A stretch of DNA of 64,000 nt from a virus (taxonomy: Duplodnaviria; Caudoviricetes): IMG/VR virus record IMGVR_UViG_3300030098_005649. One strand, given 5' to 3'. How positions within the stretch are numbered: the first letter of the stretch is position 1; each line of letters starts with the position of its first letter. The notes beneath the pieces are model-generated. The model was not told the DNA's origin. It ran no database searches and worked only from the letters and a program-made list of their open reading frames with translations. Shown here piece after piece: positions 17,801 through 27,095 of this stretch. The position numbers and the translations under genes are program-made.

Positions 17801-18149
17801 AGACCACTCAAAAATGGTAAAGAAAAATATGAAACCATTTGAAACTTTATTGTTTGAAGTTGGTGCAGAAATACTAAAGAACTTGAGTGGATTCTTGGCA
17901 GTAAATCCAAAAGCTTCAGTACAGAATGTCAAGAAACAAGTTGAAAAGGCAATCAATGTAGTGAAAAAAGGTGGAGACCTAAAGAAATTAAATACACTAA
18001 AAGCACAAATGGAGAAACTAAATGCCATTGGTGGTTTGGGTGCAGTAGTTCCAACAGAGGGACTTGTTTTTAAATATAACGGAAATACATACAAACTAAC
18101 AGGTGCATTTGCCCCAATCAATCAGATTACGGGACTAATGTACTTTTAA
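14847..18149 (+). CDS. Multidomain protein: small basic modules + cytidylyltransferase-like nucleotidyltransferase + RNA-ligase-like domain
   Basis: VYGGRFQPFGPHH and ISGTTMR (HxGH/KMSKS-like Rossmann fold); C-terminal GGAYGHMAHPFD...EKLDG...EGLVFKY...YKLTG (ligase motifs I, IV, V). Confidence 0.7.
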   Translation: MKLGEWLANNLLLGQSSEITEDVKLPINVGDTVMMGRFKNKKVIVKSIDYNEKGDLLINGRPALKFRMVKSVKESKEQIGNILRLLQMYGQSKNAASKMIKKNYKKVAQKFRGDSDRDLAMALIGYDVIGESYCGECLCEKCWKGYKIHPTRKTKILFGKRYPNCIKNEADRKPRKKGQHRNSPNHSDLYTDENPKGTIHGLKFATVKDAEKSVNKIKSSGKSHAHKIQAAVAMEQRAKEMGKKSAAGVYRKYINQMKEKTKKKNEIGIPSPSRKMVKKMKKKGHTSVPYGSGYKKMNEKKLDLYSENDVYLGMENEKNALNENKIKKVIGVYGGRFQPFGPHHKKTFEWLQSKTDDAYITTSDIKKPPRHPLNYKEKIRHMSKMGISPNKVIKEKSPLVANNLLSKFDPKTTAVVYIFGEKDAGRLAGGRKKDGSLGYFQDYKKHRGNLKGFEEHGYFLTAPHISMKIAGMEISGTTMRKVLGSSKIKDSDRPKVFKKLFGYYDEGIYKMLTNKFKGLVDHIIPDKKIEEFLMKEGSVSVPNLSDEGLYDFFKSYDDYERVSPKHANILAGFEVIGHLIDKKDVMENDFTYEYERTPTVTFGRTVNQNTKNFASSDNPFPKHISYMKELANTMGMKILKFIGTENKGVGGQKVDGVIESEIDFYLGLDEQLDIYTKEIVEVLSNEDYKGKELLLMGGAYGHMAHPFDDKNLTFGDIKNIIDLGLQGKLDAEAGVQEKLDGQNLMISWKGKNLVVARNKGDIKRGGASVGSIKAKFKGRGNIEKAFSYALDDLSKSIGKLTDAQKKKIFDDGNNYMNLEVMYPASANVINYDAPIIVFHGALKYRGGEAIGEVPGSGRILAGMIKQIGANIGKKFSIRGPNVLKMTKSQDYSKQRAYFFAKLDRLRNQYKLSDSDKLSVYHQHYWLEWILNGANQTDYPNPPDNVVYALMKRWAFFDKSYTVPMIKRDLKEHPKFLDWVLSTDKQDHSKMVKKNMKPFETLLFEVGAEILKNLSGFLAVNPKASVQNVKKQVEKAINVVKKGGDLKKLNTLKAQMEKLNAIGGLGAVVPTEGLVFKYNGNTYKLTGAFAPINQITGLMYF

Positions 18150-18162
18150 TGAAGAGGTTATT

Positions 18163-18735
18163 ATGAGTAAAAATCCAATGATGGATGCTTCTCTCAAGGA
18201 GAGAGCCAAGCAAATGAAAGCTATGAAATCTATTCTTGCAGGAGAAGAGGTTGAAAAGACTATACAAGTTGGTTATGAGGGAAAGAAACAACCAAAAGGT
18301 GATATCGAAAGTCCACTAACAGACATAATGAAAGAGGTAAGAATGCCAATGTTTTGTCCTAAGTGTGATGTTGTGATGAAAAAAAGACTTGATAATAAAA
18401 TGTGGAGATTATATGGTCATTGTTTTGATTGTCAGATAGACTTTGAACACAAACTTCGTGTAGAAGGAAAATATGACGAATGGGAAAAAACAAAGGTACT
18501 TGAGAATAAAAAGGCATTTCTAAAAGACCAAATACAATCTGTAGAGGAGTGGATAACTCAATCTCCATTAAAATTTTTAAACCAAACTGCCGTAGATACT
18601 CGTGTTATTGATGAAGAAAAGTGGGAAGATAATATAGATAGACCAAAAGTAGGTGGTGAGGCAATAGAAGAGTTTCAAAAAGAGTTGGAAAAGATTGAAA
18701 AAGAACTCAAAGATATTTATAATCAAGGAGAATAA
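18163..18735 (+). CDS. Hypothetical protein with two CxxC motifs
   Basis: CPKC...HCFDC; GAGG SD. Confidence 0.6.
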   Translation: MSKNPMMDASLKERAKQMKAMKSILAGEEVEKTIQVGYEGKKQPKGDIESPLTDIMKEVRMPMFCPKCDVVMKKRLDNKMWRLYGHCFDCQIDFEHKLRVEGKYDEWEKTKVLENKKAFLKDQIQSVEEWITQSPLKFLNQTAVDTRVIDEEKWEDNIDRPKVGGEAIEEFQKELEKIEKELKDIYNQGE

Positions 18736-18736
18736 A

Positions 18737-19042
18737 ATGAAATTTTGGAAACTTATACTTGGATTTCTTGGTGTAGTTGGTGGACTATTTGCAGCTTCTC
18801 AGGCCAAAAGTAAAGAGGTAAAGAAACTGAAAAAAGTTATTGACCAAAATAAGAAAGAAGAGAAAAAAGTTGAAAAACAAATCAAAGAATTGGAGAAGGC
18901 TAAAACTGCATCCAAAAGAGAAATTGGTAATATAAAACGAAAACTTACTAATTCCAAGAAAAAAACTCAGAAACTACAAGAAATATATGATAATGATGAA
19001 GTGGAATCTGCGGAAGAATTTTTAAGGAAGTTTAGTAAATAA
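18737..19042 (+). CDS. N-terminally membrane-anchored coiled-coil protein (i-spanin-like)
   Basis: AGGAG SD at 18726; MKFWKLILGFLGVVGGLFAA TM segment, then Lys/Glu coiled coil. Confidence 0.45.
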   Translation: MKFWKLILGFLGVVGGLFAASQAKSKEVKKLKKVIDQNKKEEKKVEKQIKELEKAKTASKREIGNIKRKLTNSKKKTQKLQEIYDNDEVESAEEFLRKFSK

Positions 19043-19059
19043 ACTATATATTTATATTT

Positions 19060-19476
19060 ATGAAAAATTACTTTAGTATAAAAATAATCAAATACTTTCT
19101 AATATCTTTTTTTGTCCTAACAATTGTTGATGGTCAAGAAATAAAGAAAGATGGAAAGACACCAAAGACATTTACCTATGATGAAGCATTAGAAATGTTG
19201 AAAGCTCGTGATGCACAATGGGAATCTAAATTATCAAAAGCAGATTCATTGATAGAATCTCAAAAAGTTACCATTAGTGATTGTGAAACTTTGGTGGTAA
19301 AGTTAGAAGAACAAGCAAAATTAGATACATTAGTATTACTTGCTCAGAAAAAACAAATTGATTTATTGAAATCTCGTGATGAGGCAAATGAAAAATTGGT
19401 AAAATTAGTAGAACCAAAATGGTATGAAAATCAATACCTTTGGTTGGTTATAGGTTTTATATTCGGAAAGCTGTAA
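19060..19476 (+). CDS. Secreted coiled-coil protein with C-terminal TM helix (spanin-like)
   Basis: Signal-peptide-like N-terminus ending VDG-Q, coiled coil, C-terminal KWYENQYLWLVIGFIFGKL. Confidence 0.45.
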   Translation: MKNYFSIKIIKYFLISFFVLTIVDGQEIKKDGKTPKTFTYDEALEMLKARDAQWESKLSKADSLIESQKVTISDCETLVVKLEEQAKLDTLVLLAQKKQIDLLKSRDEANEKLVKLVEPKWYENQYLWLVIGFIFGKL

Positions 19477-21047
19477 TGAAACCCGAAAGACTAAAAAAAG
19501 TAATTCGGGAAGAATACCTAAAATCTGCAAAAAATCCTGTATACTTTTTAAAAAAATATTGTGTTATTCAACACCCATTGAGAGGTAAGATACCATTTCA
19601 TCTATATCCATTTCAAGAAAAATCAATTCAAGAGTTTGAACAAAATGATTATAATGTCGTTTTAAAAGCTCGTCAGTTGGGTATTTCAACTCTTGTTGCT
19701 GGATATTCATTATGGATGATGACATTTCATCAAGATAAAAATATATTGGTAATCGCTACTAAACAAGATACTGCAAAAAATCTTGTTACTAAAGTACGAG
19801 TGATGCATGCAAATCTACCATCTTGGTTGAAGAATATGTGTGTTGAGGATAATAAGTTATCATTACGATATAAAAATGGTTCACAAATAAAAGCAGTAGC
19901 AAGTAGTGGTGAGGCAGGTCGTTCAGAAGCTCTATCATTATTGATACTTGATGAGGCGGCATTCATAGATAAGATTGACACAATATGGGCTGCAGCACAA
20001 CAGACATTATCTACTGGTGGTCAATGTATTGCACTATCTACACCAAATGGTGTTGGAAATTGGTTTCATAGAACTTGGGCAGATGCAGAGGCTGGTACTA
20101 ATAAATTTAACTTTATCAAACTTCATTGGACTGTACATCCTGATAGAGATGAAAGTTGGAGAAGAGAACAAGATGGATTGTTAGGTCCTTCATTAGCTGC
20201 ACAAGAGTGTGATTGTGACTTTATTACTTCTGGTCAATCTGTGGTTGATGGTGTACTTTTAGAGGAATGTAGAAATACCACGGTTAGAGAACCTATGGAG
20301 AAAAGAGGAATTGATAGTAATATTTGGATATGGGAGCCTCCAAATTATACAAAAGACTATATAGTATGTGCTGATGTTAGTCGTGGTGATGGTCAAGACT
20401 ATAGTGCATTTCATATCATTGATGTGGAAAAGGTAGAACAAGTTGGTGAATATAAAGGAAAAGTGTCTCCCAAAGATTTTGGTAATATGTTGGTAAATAT
20501 ATCAACAGAGTACAACAATGCCTTACTAATTATTGAGAATGCATCAATTGGTTGGGCTGCAATACAACAATGTATAGACAGACAATACGATAATCTGTTT
20601 TATATGAGTAAAGATTTACAATATGTGGATACACTAAATACAATAAATAATAAAATAAATCGTTCAGAAAGACAAATGGTACCTGGTTTTTCTATGACTA
20701 TGAAGACAAGACCATTGGTAATTTCTAAATTAGAGGAATTTTTTAGAGAAAAGTCAGTAATTGTACATTCTAATCGATTAATTGATGAATTGTTTGTATT
20801 TATATATAATGGACAGAAAGCCGAAGCTATGGGTGGATATAATGATGATTTAGTAATGAGTTTGGCTATTGGACTTTGGGTTCGTGAAACTGCTCTTCGT
20901 CTAAGACAAGAGGGAATTGAATTGACAAAAAAATCACTTTCTTACTTTAGTTCTAATGAGGGAGTTTATTCTAACAATACAAATCAGAATGACTCTTGGA
21001 ATATGAATGTAGGAAAGGAAACAGAAAAATTAGATTGGCTACTTTGA
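19476..21047 (+). CDS. gp17: Terminase large subunit (T4 gp17-like)
   Basis: VLKARQLGIST Walker A region, LLILDEAAF Walker B, STPNG, ADVSRGDG.DYS and DDLVMSLA nuclease motifs; start overlaps previous stop (TAATG). Confidence 0.95.
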   Translation: MKPERLKKVIREEYLKSAKNPVYFLKKYCVIQHPLRGKIPFHLYPFQEKSIQEFEQNDYNVVLKARQLGISTLVAGYSLWMMTFHQDKNILVIATKQDTAKNLVTKVRVMHANLPSWLKNMCVEDNKLSLRYKNGSQIKAVASSGEAGRSEALSLLILDEAAFIDKIDTIWAAAQQTLSTGGQCIALSTPNGVGNWFHRTWADAEAGTNKFNFIKLHWTVHPDRDESWRREQDGLLGPSLAAQECDCDFITSGQSVVDGVLLEECRNTTVREPMEKRGIDSNIWIWEPPNYTKDYIVCADVSRGDGQDYSAFHIIDVEKVEQVGEYKGKVSPKDFGNMLVNISTEYNNALLIIENASIGWAAIQQCIDRQYDNLFYMSKDLQYVDTLNTINNKINRSERQMVPGFSMTMKTRPLVISKLEEFFREKSVIVHSNRLIDELFVFIYNGQKAEAMGGYNDDLVMSLAIGLWVRETALRLRQEGIELTKKSLSYFSSNEGVYSNNTNQNDSWNMNVGKETEKLDWLL

Positions 21048-21056
21048 GGTTAAATT

Positions 21057-22919
21057 ATGGCAGATAAAAATATATACACAAGACTAAGAAGACTTTTTTC
21101 TTCCAATGTTATCGTAAGAAATGTTGGTGGTAGAAAGTTAAAGGTTACTGATACATCAAGAATTCAGACTAATCCAAAAGCAAGTCTTGTTGATAGATAT
21201 ACAAAATTATACACATCATATGCTGGTACGAGTGGATATAATTATTCATTATATCAGAAGACTCAAAGACTTGGGTTGTTCAGAGATTATGAGGCTATGG
21301 ATGTAGACCCAATTATTGCTTCTGCACTTGACATATATGCAGATGAATCAACAATGAAATCAGAGTATGGTGATGTACTAAATATTACTTCTGATAATAA
21401 TGATTTGAAAGATATTTTACATAACCTATTTTATGACATACTGAATATAGAATTCAATTTATGGCCTTGGGTTCGTAATATGGTGAAGTATGGTGACTTC
21501 TTTTTGAAATTGGAAATCAATGAAAAGTATGGTATAACAAATGTTATCCCAATGTCTGCTTACGATATCACTCGTGTTGAGGGTGATGATCCAGAAAATC
21601 CTGAGTATGTAAAATTTATCTTGGAATCAACAGACCAACGACATCAAAACAATGCTGCAAAAGAAGAATTTGAAAATTATGAAGTAGCACATTTTAGAAT
21701 GTTATCAGATTCAAATTATCTACCATATGGAAAGTCTATGATTGAACAGGCAAGACAGATATGGAAACAAGTTACATTGATGGAAGATGCTATGTTGATA
21801 CATCGTATTATGAGAGCACCAGAAAAGAGAATATTCAAAATTGATATAGGAAATATTCCACCTGCAGAAGTTGATAACTATATGCAAAGAATCATCAACA
21901 AGATGAAAAAGGCACCTGTTATTGATGAGGCAACTGGTGAGTATAATCTAAAATATAATATGCAAAACCTAACAGAAGATTTTTATCTACCAGTTCGTGG
22001 TGGAGATAGTGGTACACAATTAGAAAATCTACCTGGTCTTGAATTCAATGCAATAGATGATATAGAATATTTGAAAAATAAACTATTAGCTGCATTGAGA
22101 GTACCAAAAGCATATCTTGGATATGAGGAAGAGGTTGGTAGTAAGGCAACATTAGCTGCCGAAGATGTTAGATTTGCTCGTACTATCGAGAGAATACAGA
22201 GAATTGTAGTTAGTGAATTGACTAAGATTGCAATTGTTCATTTATATGCACAAGGTTATCAAGATAAAGACCTTGTAAATTTTGAGTTGGGTCTAACTAA
22301 TCCATCTACAATATATGAACAAGAAAAACTTGAATTATGGAATACTAAATTAGGATTGGCAGAAACTGCAAAAAGAGATAATTTGGTATCTTCACTTTGG
22401 ATATATAAAAATGTTTTTGGATTTACAGATGCAGAAATATCTAAAATGAATGACGAGATGATATTTGATAAATTCAATGCCTTTAGACAATCTCAGATTG
22501 AAAATGAAGGTAATGACCCAGCAAAAAGTGGTCAATCACAAGGAACTCCCGCAGATTTAGCAATGGGAAGAACAGGTCGTGAGTTAGAATTTGATGCTCG
22601 TGATTTGGATAAAGATTTAAAACCAGAAGAAGTAGGTGGAAGACCTGAAGAGGGCCCTAAGTATGGTAAGGATGGAAGTGCTCGTGGTAGAGACCCACTT
22701 GGTAAAAGAGATTATGAAAAGAATTCTACTGGTAAGTATCAAAGAGGAAGAGATGGAGAGTTCAGAGGTGGTAGTCCACTAGCTCTTGCACACTTTGATG
22801 CAATGGAAAAGAATATGAAAAAGTACAAAGGAAAGTCAATATCAGTATTGAATGAGGAGTTGAACGACACTCAAACAGAGTATGATAAAGATATTGATGA
22901 AATGAAGATAGATAAGTAG
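21057..22919 (+). CDS. gp20: Portal protein (T4 gp20-like)
   Basis: YEAMD.DPIIASALDIYADE; LMEDAMLIHRIMRAPEKRIFKIDIGN; EDFYLPVRGG; KLLAALRVPK. Confidence 0.95.
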   Translation: MADKNIYTRLRRLFSSNVIVRNVGGRKLKVTDTSRIQTNPKASLVDRYTKLYTSYAGTSGYNYSLYQKTQRLGLFRDYEAMDVDPIIASALDIYADESTMKSEYGDVLNITSDNNDLKDILHNLFYDILNIEFNLWPWVRNMVKYGDFFLKLEINEKYGITNVIPMSAYDITRVEGDDPENPEYVKFILESTDQRHQNNAAKEEFENYEVAHFRMLSDSNYLPYGKSMIEQARQIWKQVTLMEDAMLIHRIMRAPEKRIFKIDIGNIPPAEVDNYMQRIINKMKKAPVIDEATGEYNLKYNMQNLTEDFYLPVRGGDSGTQLENLPGLEFNAIDDIEYLKNKLLAALRVPKAYLGYEEEVGSKATLAAEDVRFARTIERIQRIVVSELTKIAIVHLYAQGYQDKDLVNFELGLTNPSTIYEQEKLELWNTKLGLAETAKRDNLVSSLWIYKNVFGFTDAEISKMNDEMIFDKFNAFRQSQIENEGNDPAKSGQSQGTPADLAMGRTGRELEFDARDLDKDLKPEEVGGRPEEGPKYGKDGSARGRDPLGKRDYEKNSTGKYQRGRDGEFRGGSPLALAHFDAMEKNMKKYKGKSISVLNEELNDTQTEYDKDIDEMKIDK

Positions 22920-22991
22920 ATTATTTGTAGTTTTTTATACTTTCATATATTTATTATCAACCAAGAAGTTAGTGATTAGAACGAGGACAAA

Positions 22992-23864
22992 ATGTCAAAA
23001 ATAAAACATAATAAAATCAAAAATACAGGAATATTATTCGAGTTACTAACAAGACAAATTACTGCAGATATCCTTGAGGGTAAGGATGACAATAAGTCTG
23101 CATCTGTTTCTCTTGTTAAAGAATTTTTTTCCAAGAACACATCTATGGGGAAGGAATTAGACTTGATAAAATTACTTTCTGAAACAAAGTATAAGTCAGT
23201 TACTAAGGCAGAACAATTGATTGAATTGACATTGACTGCTCGTAAGAAAATTTCCAATTCAAAATTGAGAAATGAAAAGTATAATCTTATCAAAAAGATA
23301 AGAGAAAACTACAATCCTACAGATTTTTTCAAAACCACTATACCAAATTATAAACTATATGCTTCTATTTATAAATTATTTGAGACAAGAAGTGAGGATA
23401 GTGCTACTATAAATGATATCATTAGTTCAAAATCTGTAATAATAGAAAATATAACATCTAAAAAAGTCACTAAGAAATTTGAAAGTGAAAAACTCAAAGA
23501 ATTCAAAGAACAGAATGAGGATGTAAGACTACTAACCTATAAAGTATTAGTTGATAACTTCAATAAGAAATATAATGGTTTAGATGAAAGTCAAAGAAAA
23601 TTACTCAAAATGTACATCAACAATGTTGCAAATACAGGTACATTGAAAGAGTTCATATCCAAAGAAGTTGTCAGTATCAAAAAATATATAAAGGACAACA
23701 TATCTAAAGTAGACGACAAGATTGTAAAAATAAAACTCTCTGAGGCCTCCAAATTATTAGAAAAACTAAATAGTGGTGGTGTCGTAAAGGATAGTCAAGT
23801 TGTTTCTTTGATGAGATGGTATCAATTAGTCAAAGAGATAAAAGATGTCGTTTCCTCTAAGTAA
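22992..23864 (+). CDS. Conserved head-module hypothetical protein
   Basis: 290-aa ORF with GAGGA SD between portal and protease; helical composition. Confidence 0.65.
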   Translation: MSKIKHNKIKNTGILFELLTRQITADILEGKDDNKSASVSLVKEFFSKNTSMGKELDLIKLLSETKYKSVTKAEQLIELTLTARKKISNSKLRNEKYNLIKKIRENYNPTDFFKTTIPNYKLYASIYKLFETRSEDSATINDIISSKSVIIENITSKKVTKKFESEKLKEFKEQNEDVRLLTYKVLVDNFNKKYNGLDESQRKLLKMYINNVANTGTLKEFISKEVVSIKKYIKDNISKVDDKIVKIKLSEASKLLEKLNSGGVVKDSQVVSLMRWYQLVKEIKDVVSSK

Positions 23865-24282
23865 ATTAAAAGAAATAATAAGAGAACTTATAAGACAAGA
23901 GTTAGCCGAAGCATCTACTACTGGTGCTCTTGATGGTGGAGAAGGACCACCAAGAACTCCATACGCTTTTACTAAAAAGGGTGATGAGAAAAAGAAGAAA
24001 AAGAAAATGGTAAAAGTTTCTGGCGGTTATGAGTTAGCAGAAAATCGATATTATAAATATAAAAACGATCCTGATAGAACTCCTAAAGTAAAAATTGGAC
24101 AATCAGTAAAGGAGATAAGAGACGCCATAAAGGAACTCGATAGAGTTATTGCTATGAATGTTCGTTTGAAAAAAGAGATGAATGTTGATTCTCGACAATA
24201 TTGGAAACGAACACATAAACAATTACAAACTGTTTCTGAAAAACTTATCACAATGGCTCAAAAGCTTGGACAACTATACTGA
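23845..24282 (+). CDS. Head-module hypothetical protein
   Basis: Leader KLKEIIRELIRQELAE|ASTTG; second junction YELAE. Confidence 0.6.
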   Translation: MSFPLSKLKEIIRELIRQELAEASTTGALDGGEGPPRTPYAFTKKGDEKKKKKKMVKVSGGYELAENRYYKYKNDPDRTPKVKIGQSVKEIRDAIKELDRVIAMNVRLKKEMNVDSRQYWKRTHKQLQTVSEKLITMAQKLGQLY

Positions 24283-24288
24283 TGAACA

Positions 24289-24603
24289 ATGAGACTAAAA
24301 AGATTACTATTTCCCCATACTAACGAATTTCAAAATGTAAATATAATTTCTGATTATATGCAAAATGACTCTGCATTCTACAGAGCAAGACTATCCCCAT
24401 TTTATAAAACACATACGGTTATTTACAAAGAGGGAAAGTACAGACGAAATAGAGCTATAAAGAATATGGAAGGAATCGTTAAAGATGCATATAGAAAGTA
24501 TATGAGAAAATTTGATGACACATTTGTATTGATGCAAAATGAGGTAAAACAAATTGCCACTATATTTATAGATGAGTTAGAAAAAAACTTTTCAGAGGAA
24601 TAA
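24289..24603 (+). CDS. Hypothetical protein
   Basis: 104-aa ORF filling the gap before the protease. Confidence 0.5.
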   Translation: MRLKRLLFPHTNEFQNVNIISDYMQNDSAFYRARLSPFYKTHTVIYKEGKYRRNRAIKNMEGIVKDAYRKYMRKFDDTFVLMQNEVKQIATIFIDELEKNFSEE

Positions 24604-24607
24604 CGCT

Positions 24608-25222
24608 ATGAGTAAAAATTTATTATTAGAATACAGGCCATTTGAGGCCAAAACAATATCGGAGGGTGTTCACGACAATAAACCCTTTACCGTTACTGGT
24701 GTCTTACAAAGAGCAGACTCCAAAAACCAAAATGGTCGTGTCTATCCAAAAGACATATTGATGAGAGAGGCCAAAAAATATTCGGATACATTTATAAAAG
24801 AAAAAAGAGCGTTAGGTGAATTAGACCATCCCGATTCCTCTGTGGTTAATTTACAAAATGTTTCACATAATGTTACTGGTATGAAGTGGGACGGAGATGA
24901 TTTAGTTGGTACGGTAGAAGTTTTGACAACACCAAGTGGTAATATTCTAAAAGAGTTATTCAAGGCTGGTATCAAGTTGGGAATTAGTTCTCGTGGACTT
25001 GGTTCGGTAGAGACAATAAAATTTGAAGGTACTGAGGCAAATAAAGTTGGGGATGATTTTGAACTAATTGCGTTTGACTTTGTATCCAATCCATCTACTC
25101 AAGGTGCATTTTTACATCCTGTAAATGAGTCAATCGATAAGTCAAGAAGACAACTTGGTGAGTCTTGTGATAAATGGTGTAAAGTAGAGTATACATTGAG
25201 AGACATTATCGGAGGAAAATAA
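24608..25222 (+). CDS. gp21: Prohead maturation protease (T4 gp21-like)
   Basis: NQNGRVYP, GELDHP (His), GISSRGLGS (Ser), DFVSNPST motifs. Confidence 0.95.
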   Translation: MSKNLLLEYRPFEAKTISEGVHDNKPFTVTGVLQRADSKNQNGRVYPKDILMREAKKYSDTFIKEKRALGELDHPDSSVVNLQNVSHNVTGMKWDGDDLVGTVEVLTTPSGNILKELFKAGIKLGISSRGLGSVETIKFEGTEANKVGDDFELIAFDFVSNPSTQGAFLHPVNESIDKSRRQLGESCDKWCKVEYTLRDIIGGK

Positions 25223-26790
25223 TGGCTAATTTTGAGGTAGATATATACAAAGATATTAGTACAAGAGGAAGAAGACCATTCCCTATTCCTATGAATGGAA
25301 CTAAACTAAAAGTTGTAATACCTAAAATAACAAAATATGTCTCAAAGAAAAACAGAGTTGGTGGAGATATAGGGTATGTAGAAGTATACTTGAATCTTGG
25401 TAGAGGTGATTCTCAGTTTCTTGGAAGTATGCAAAAGAAGAAAAAATGGAAATGGGAACCTGGTGATGCTCTAAAAAAGAATAAAGATAATTTAGCAAAT
25501 AGAGTAGAAGAACACTACGAACCTATCAAAGAATCTAAAGAAAAAATAAAAGAAAATTTACAATCGTTTTACCGATATATGCAAGACTTTTATGGTCAAA
25601 AAGGTATATATCCTGATAAAAGGGGAAGACCTCTCAAAGTAAATGATATAAATGTTGCACTATCGGTATATCTTAAAAAGTATTCCGCTGACACCTTTAC
25701 TGGTGATAGTTTAGATAGAGAAAGAGTTCGTGATATTCTAATCAAGATGAAAAAAATTGACCCTCAATATAAAAAGAATGAGGGAGTCAGATTATCAATG
25801 AAAGAACATTTACTTACCGAAAGAGATTTCTTGGTATATGATGTACAACCAAAAAGAGTTGAGGCATTTCTAAAGAAATATAAAAAAGTTGAACCATCTA
25901 TGAAACCATATTTGAAAGGTAACTTGATGAAGGCTTATGTCAAGTGGTTAGATTGGAAAGGTAAGAATGAAGATAAACTTGGTGGTAGACCAGAAAAGGT
26001 AGATTCAGATACCTTTGGTTCAAAAACATTTTATAAATTTGATGGATTACCAGGTTGGGCAAATGTATTTCAGTATTTGTATAAGAAAAAAAATGAAATA
26101 ATTGAAAACAGAATTGATGGAGTTGAGGTAAAGGATGAACACATAAAAGGATTCATTGATAAGGCACTAAAACTTTCAGGAATCAAAGTTGTAAAATATC
26201 AACCTATGAAGAAATCATTTATCCAAAGTCAGATTTGGGGTGGATTCTATACTGTAAAATCTGCTAACGGAACTGATGTATTACCATTTTATGTAAATTC
26301 TAAAGGTATGATTGACTTGGGTGTGTCTTCAGACCAATTCATAGTAGGAAAGTATGGTGCAATTCTAAAGGTAATAAAGAATCTAAAAAGTTTCAAGAAA
26401 ACAGATTTAGACCAAAAATATTACGAAGAATCTTTTGGTAGAGGACCCGCTCCAACTCCAAAGGGATATGATGCGGCTATGAAGAAAATGTTGAAGTATA
26501 TGCAAAAGAAAGCCGAAGACTACTATAAAAGAGAATTACCTAAATTATATGATATGGGTGCATGGGAATATCCAGATTTATTGAGACCTGGTATAAAATT
26601 TGATAAGATTGTAAATGTCAGAAACAAAAGAGCTGGTGCAGTTTCATTTTTTGTAGATAGAGCAACAGGTGATATTTACAAACCTGCAAGTTTTAGAGCA
26701 CCCGCTAAAGGTGTAAGAGGAAACATATTCAAATCAGACACTTGGAAGAAGTATGATGTCCACGGTGGTTGGTTGTATAGATATAGGTAA
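25222..26790 (+). CDS. Lys-rich multi-module protein
   Basis: 522 aa; modules such as YMQDFYGQKGIYP...GDSLDRERVRDIL and FVDRATGDIYKPASFRAPAKGVRGNI separated by IKE, KNE, LTE, IIE, YEE. Confidence 0.6.
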   Translation: MANFEVDIYKDISTRGRRPFPIPMNGTKLKVVIPKITKYVSKKNRVGGDIGYVEVYLNLGRGDSQFLGSMQKKKKWKWEPGDALKKNKDNLANRVEEHYEPIKESKEKIKENLQSFYRYMQDFYGQKGIYPDKRGRPLKVNDINVALSVYLKKYSADTFTGDSLDRERVRDILIKMKKIDPQYKKNEGVRLSMKEHLLTERDFLVYDVQPKRVEAFLKKYKKVEPSMKPYLKGNLMKAYVKWLDWKGKNEDKLGGRPEKVDSDTFGSKTFYKFDGLPGWANVFQYLYKKKNEIIENRIDGVEVKDEHIKGFIDKALKLSGIKVVKYQPMKKSFIQSQIWGGFYTVKSANGTDVLPFYVNSKGMIDLGVSSDQFIVGKYGAILKVIKNLKSFKKTDLDQKYYEESFGRGPAPTPKGYDAAMKKMLKYMQKKAEDYYKRELPKLYDMGAWEYPDLLRPGIKFDKIVNVRNKRAGAVSFFVDRATGDIYKPASFRAPAKGVRGNIFKSDTWKKYDVHGGWLYRYR

Positions 26791-26794
26791 GATT

Positions 26795-27091
26795 ATGATA
26801 AAACTAAAAAAATTATTAACAGAAAGTGAATACCTAAAAAGAGAGTTTGGTGAATCATTACCTACATTGGATAGTGTTATGAAATTACACCAAGAGGCAT
26901 CCGAAAGTGGAGTTGATTTGGCCAAAAGAGTTTTGAAGAATCAAACGATGGAAAAGGGTATGGATATGCAAACTGCAAATCTAATCGTAACGATAGATAA
27001 GGCATACGATAAAAATCCAAGACTACAAAAGATGTTTCGGTCAATGCCACCAAAGAAAATGATAAGGATTGCTCAACAATTTCGTAAGTAA
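26795..27091 (+). CDS. Small protein with MIKLKKLLTE leader
   Basis: ATG at 26795, 4 nt after previous stop; leader shared with neighbours. Confidence 0.6.
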   Translation: MIKLKKLLTESEYLKREFGESLPTLDSVMKLHQEASESGVDLAKRVLKNQTMEKGMDMQTANLIVTIDKAYDKNPRLQKMFRSMPPKKMIRIAQQFRK

Positions 27092-27095
27092 TAAT

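Noticed and set aside
18163-18735. Small terminase assignment for the CxxC protein
   Set aside because: Only positional argument; no recognisable gp16-like motif.
19476-21047. Intein or intron in terminase or other core genes
   Set aside because: Terminase, portal, MCP and sheath read continuously at expected lengths with no Hint or endonuclease motifs.
24280-24291. TGA TGA ACA ATG in-frame junction suggesting genome-wide TGA recoding
   Set aside because: A double stop is more simply a terminator codon pair; TGA also ends primase, the 13822 ORF and terminase in normal coupled arrangements.
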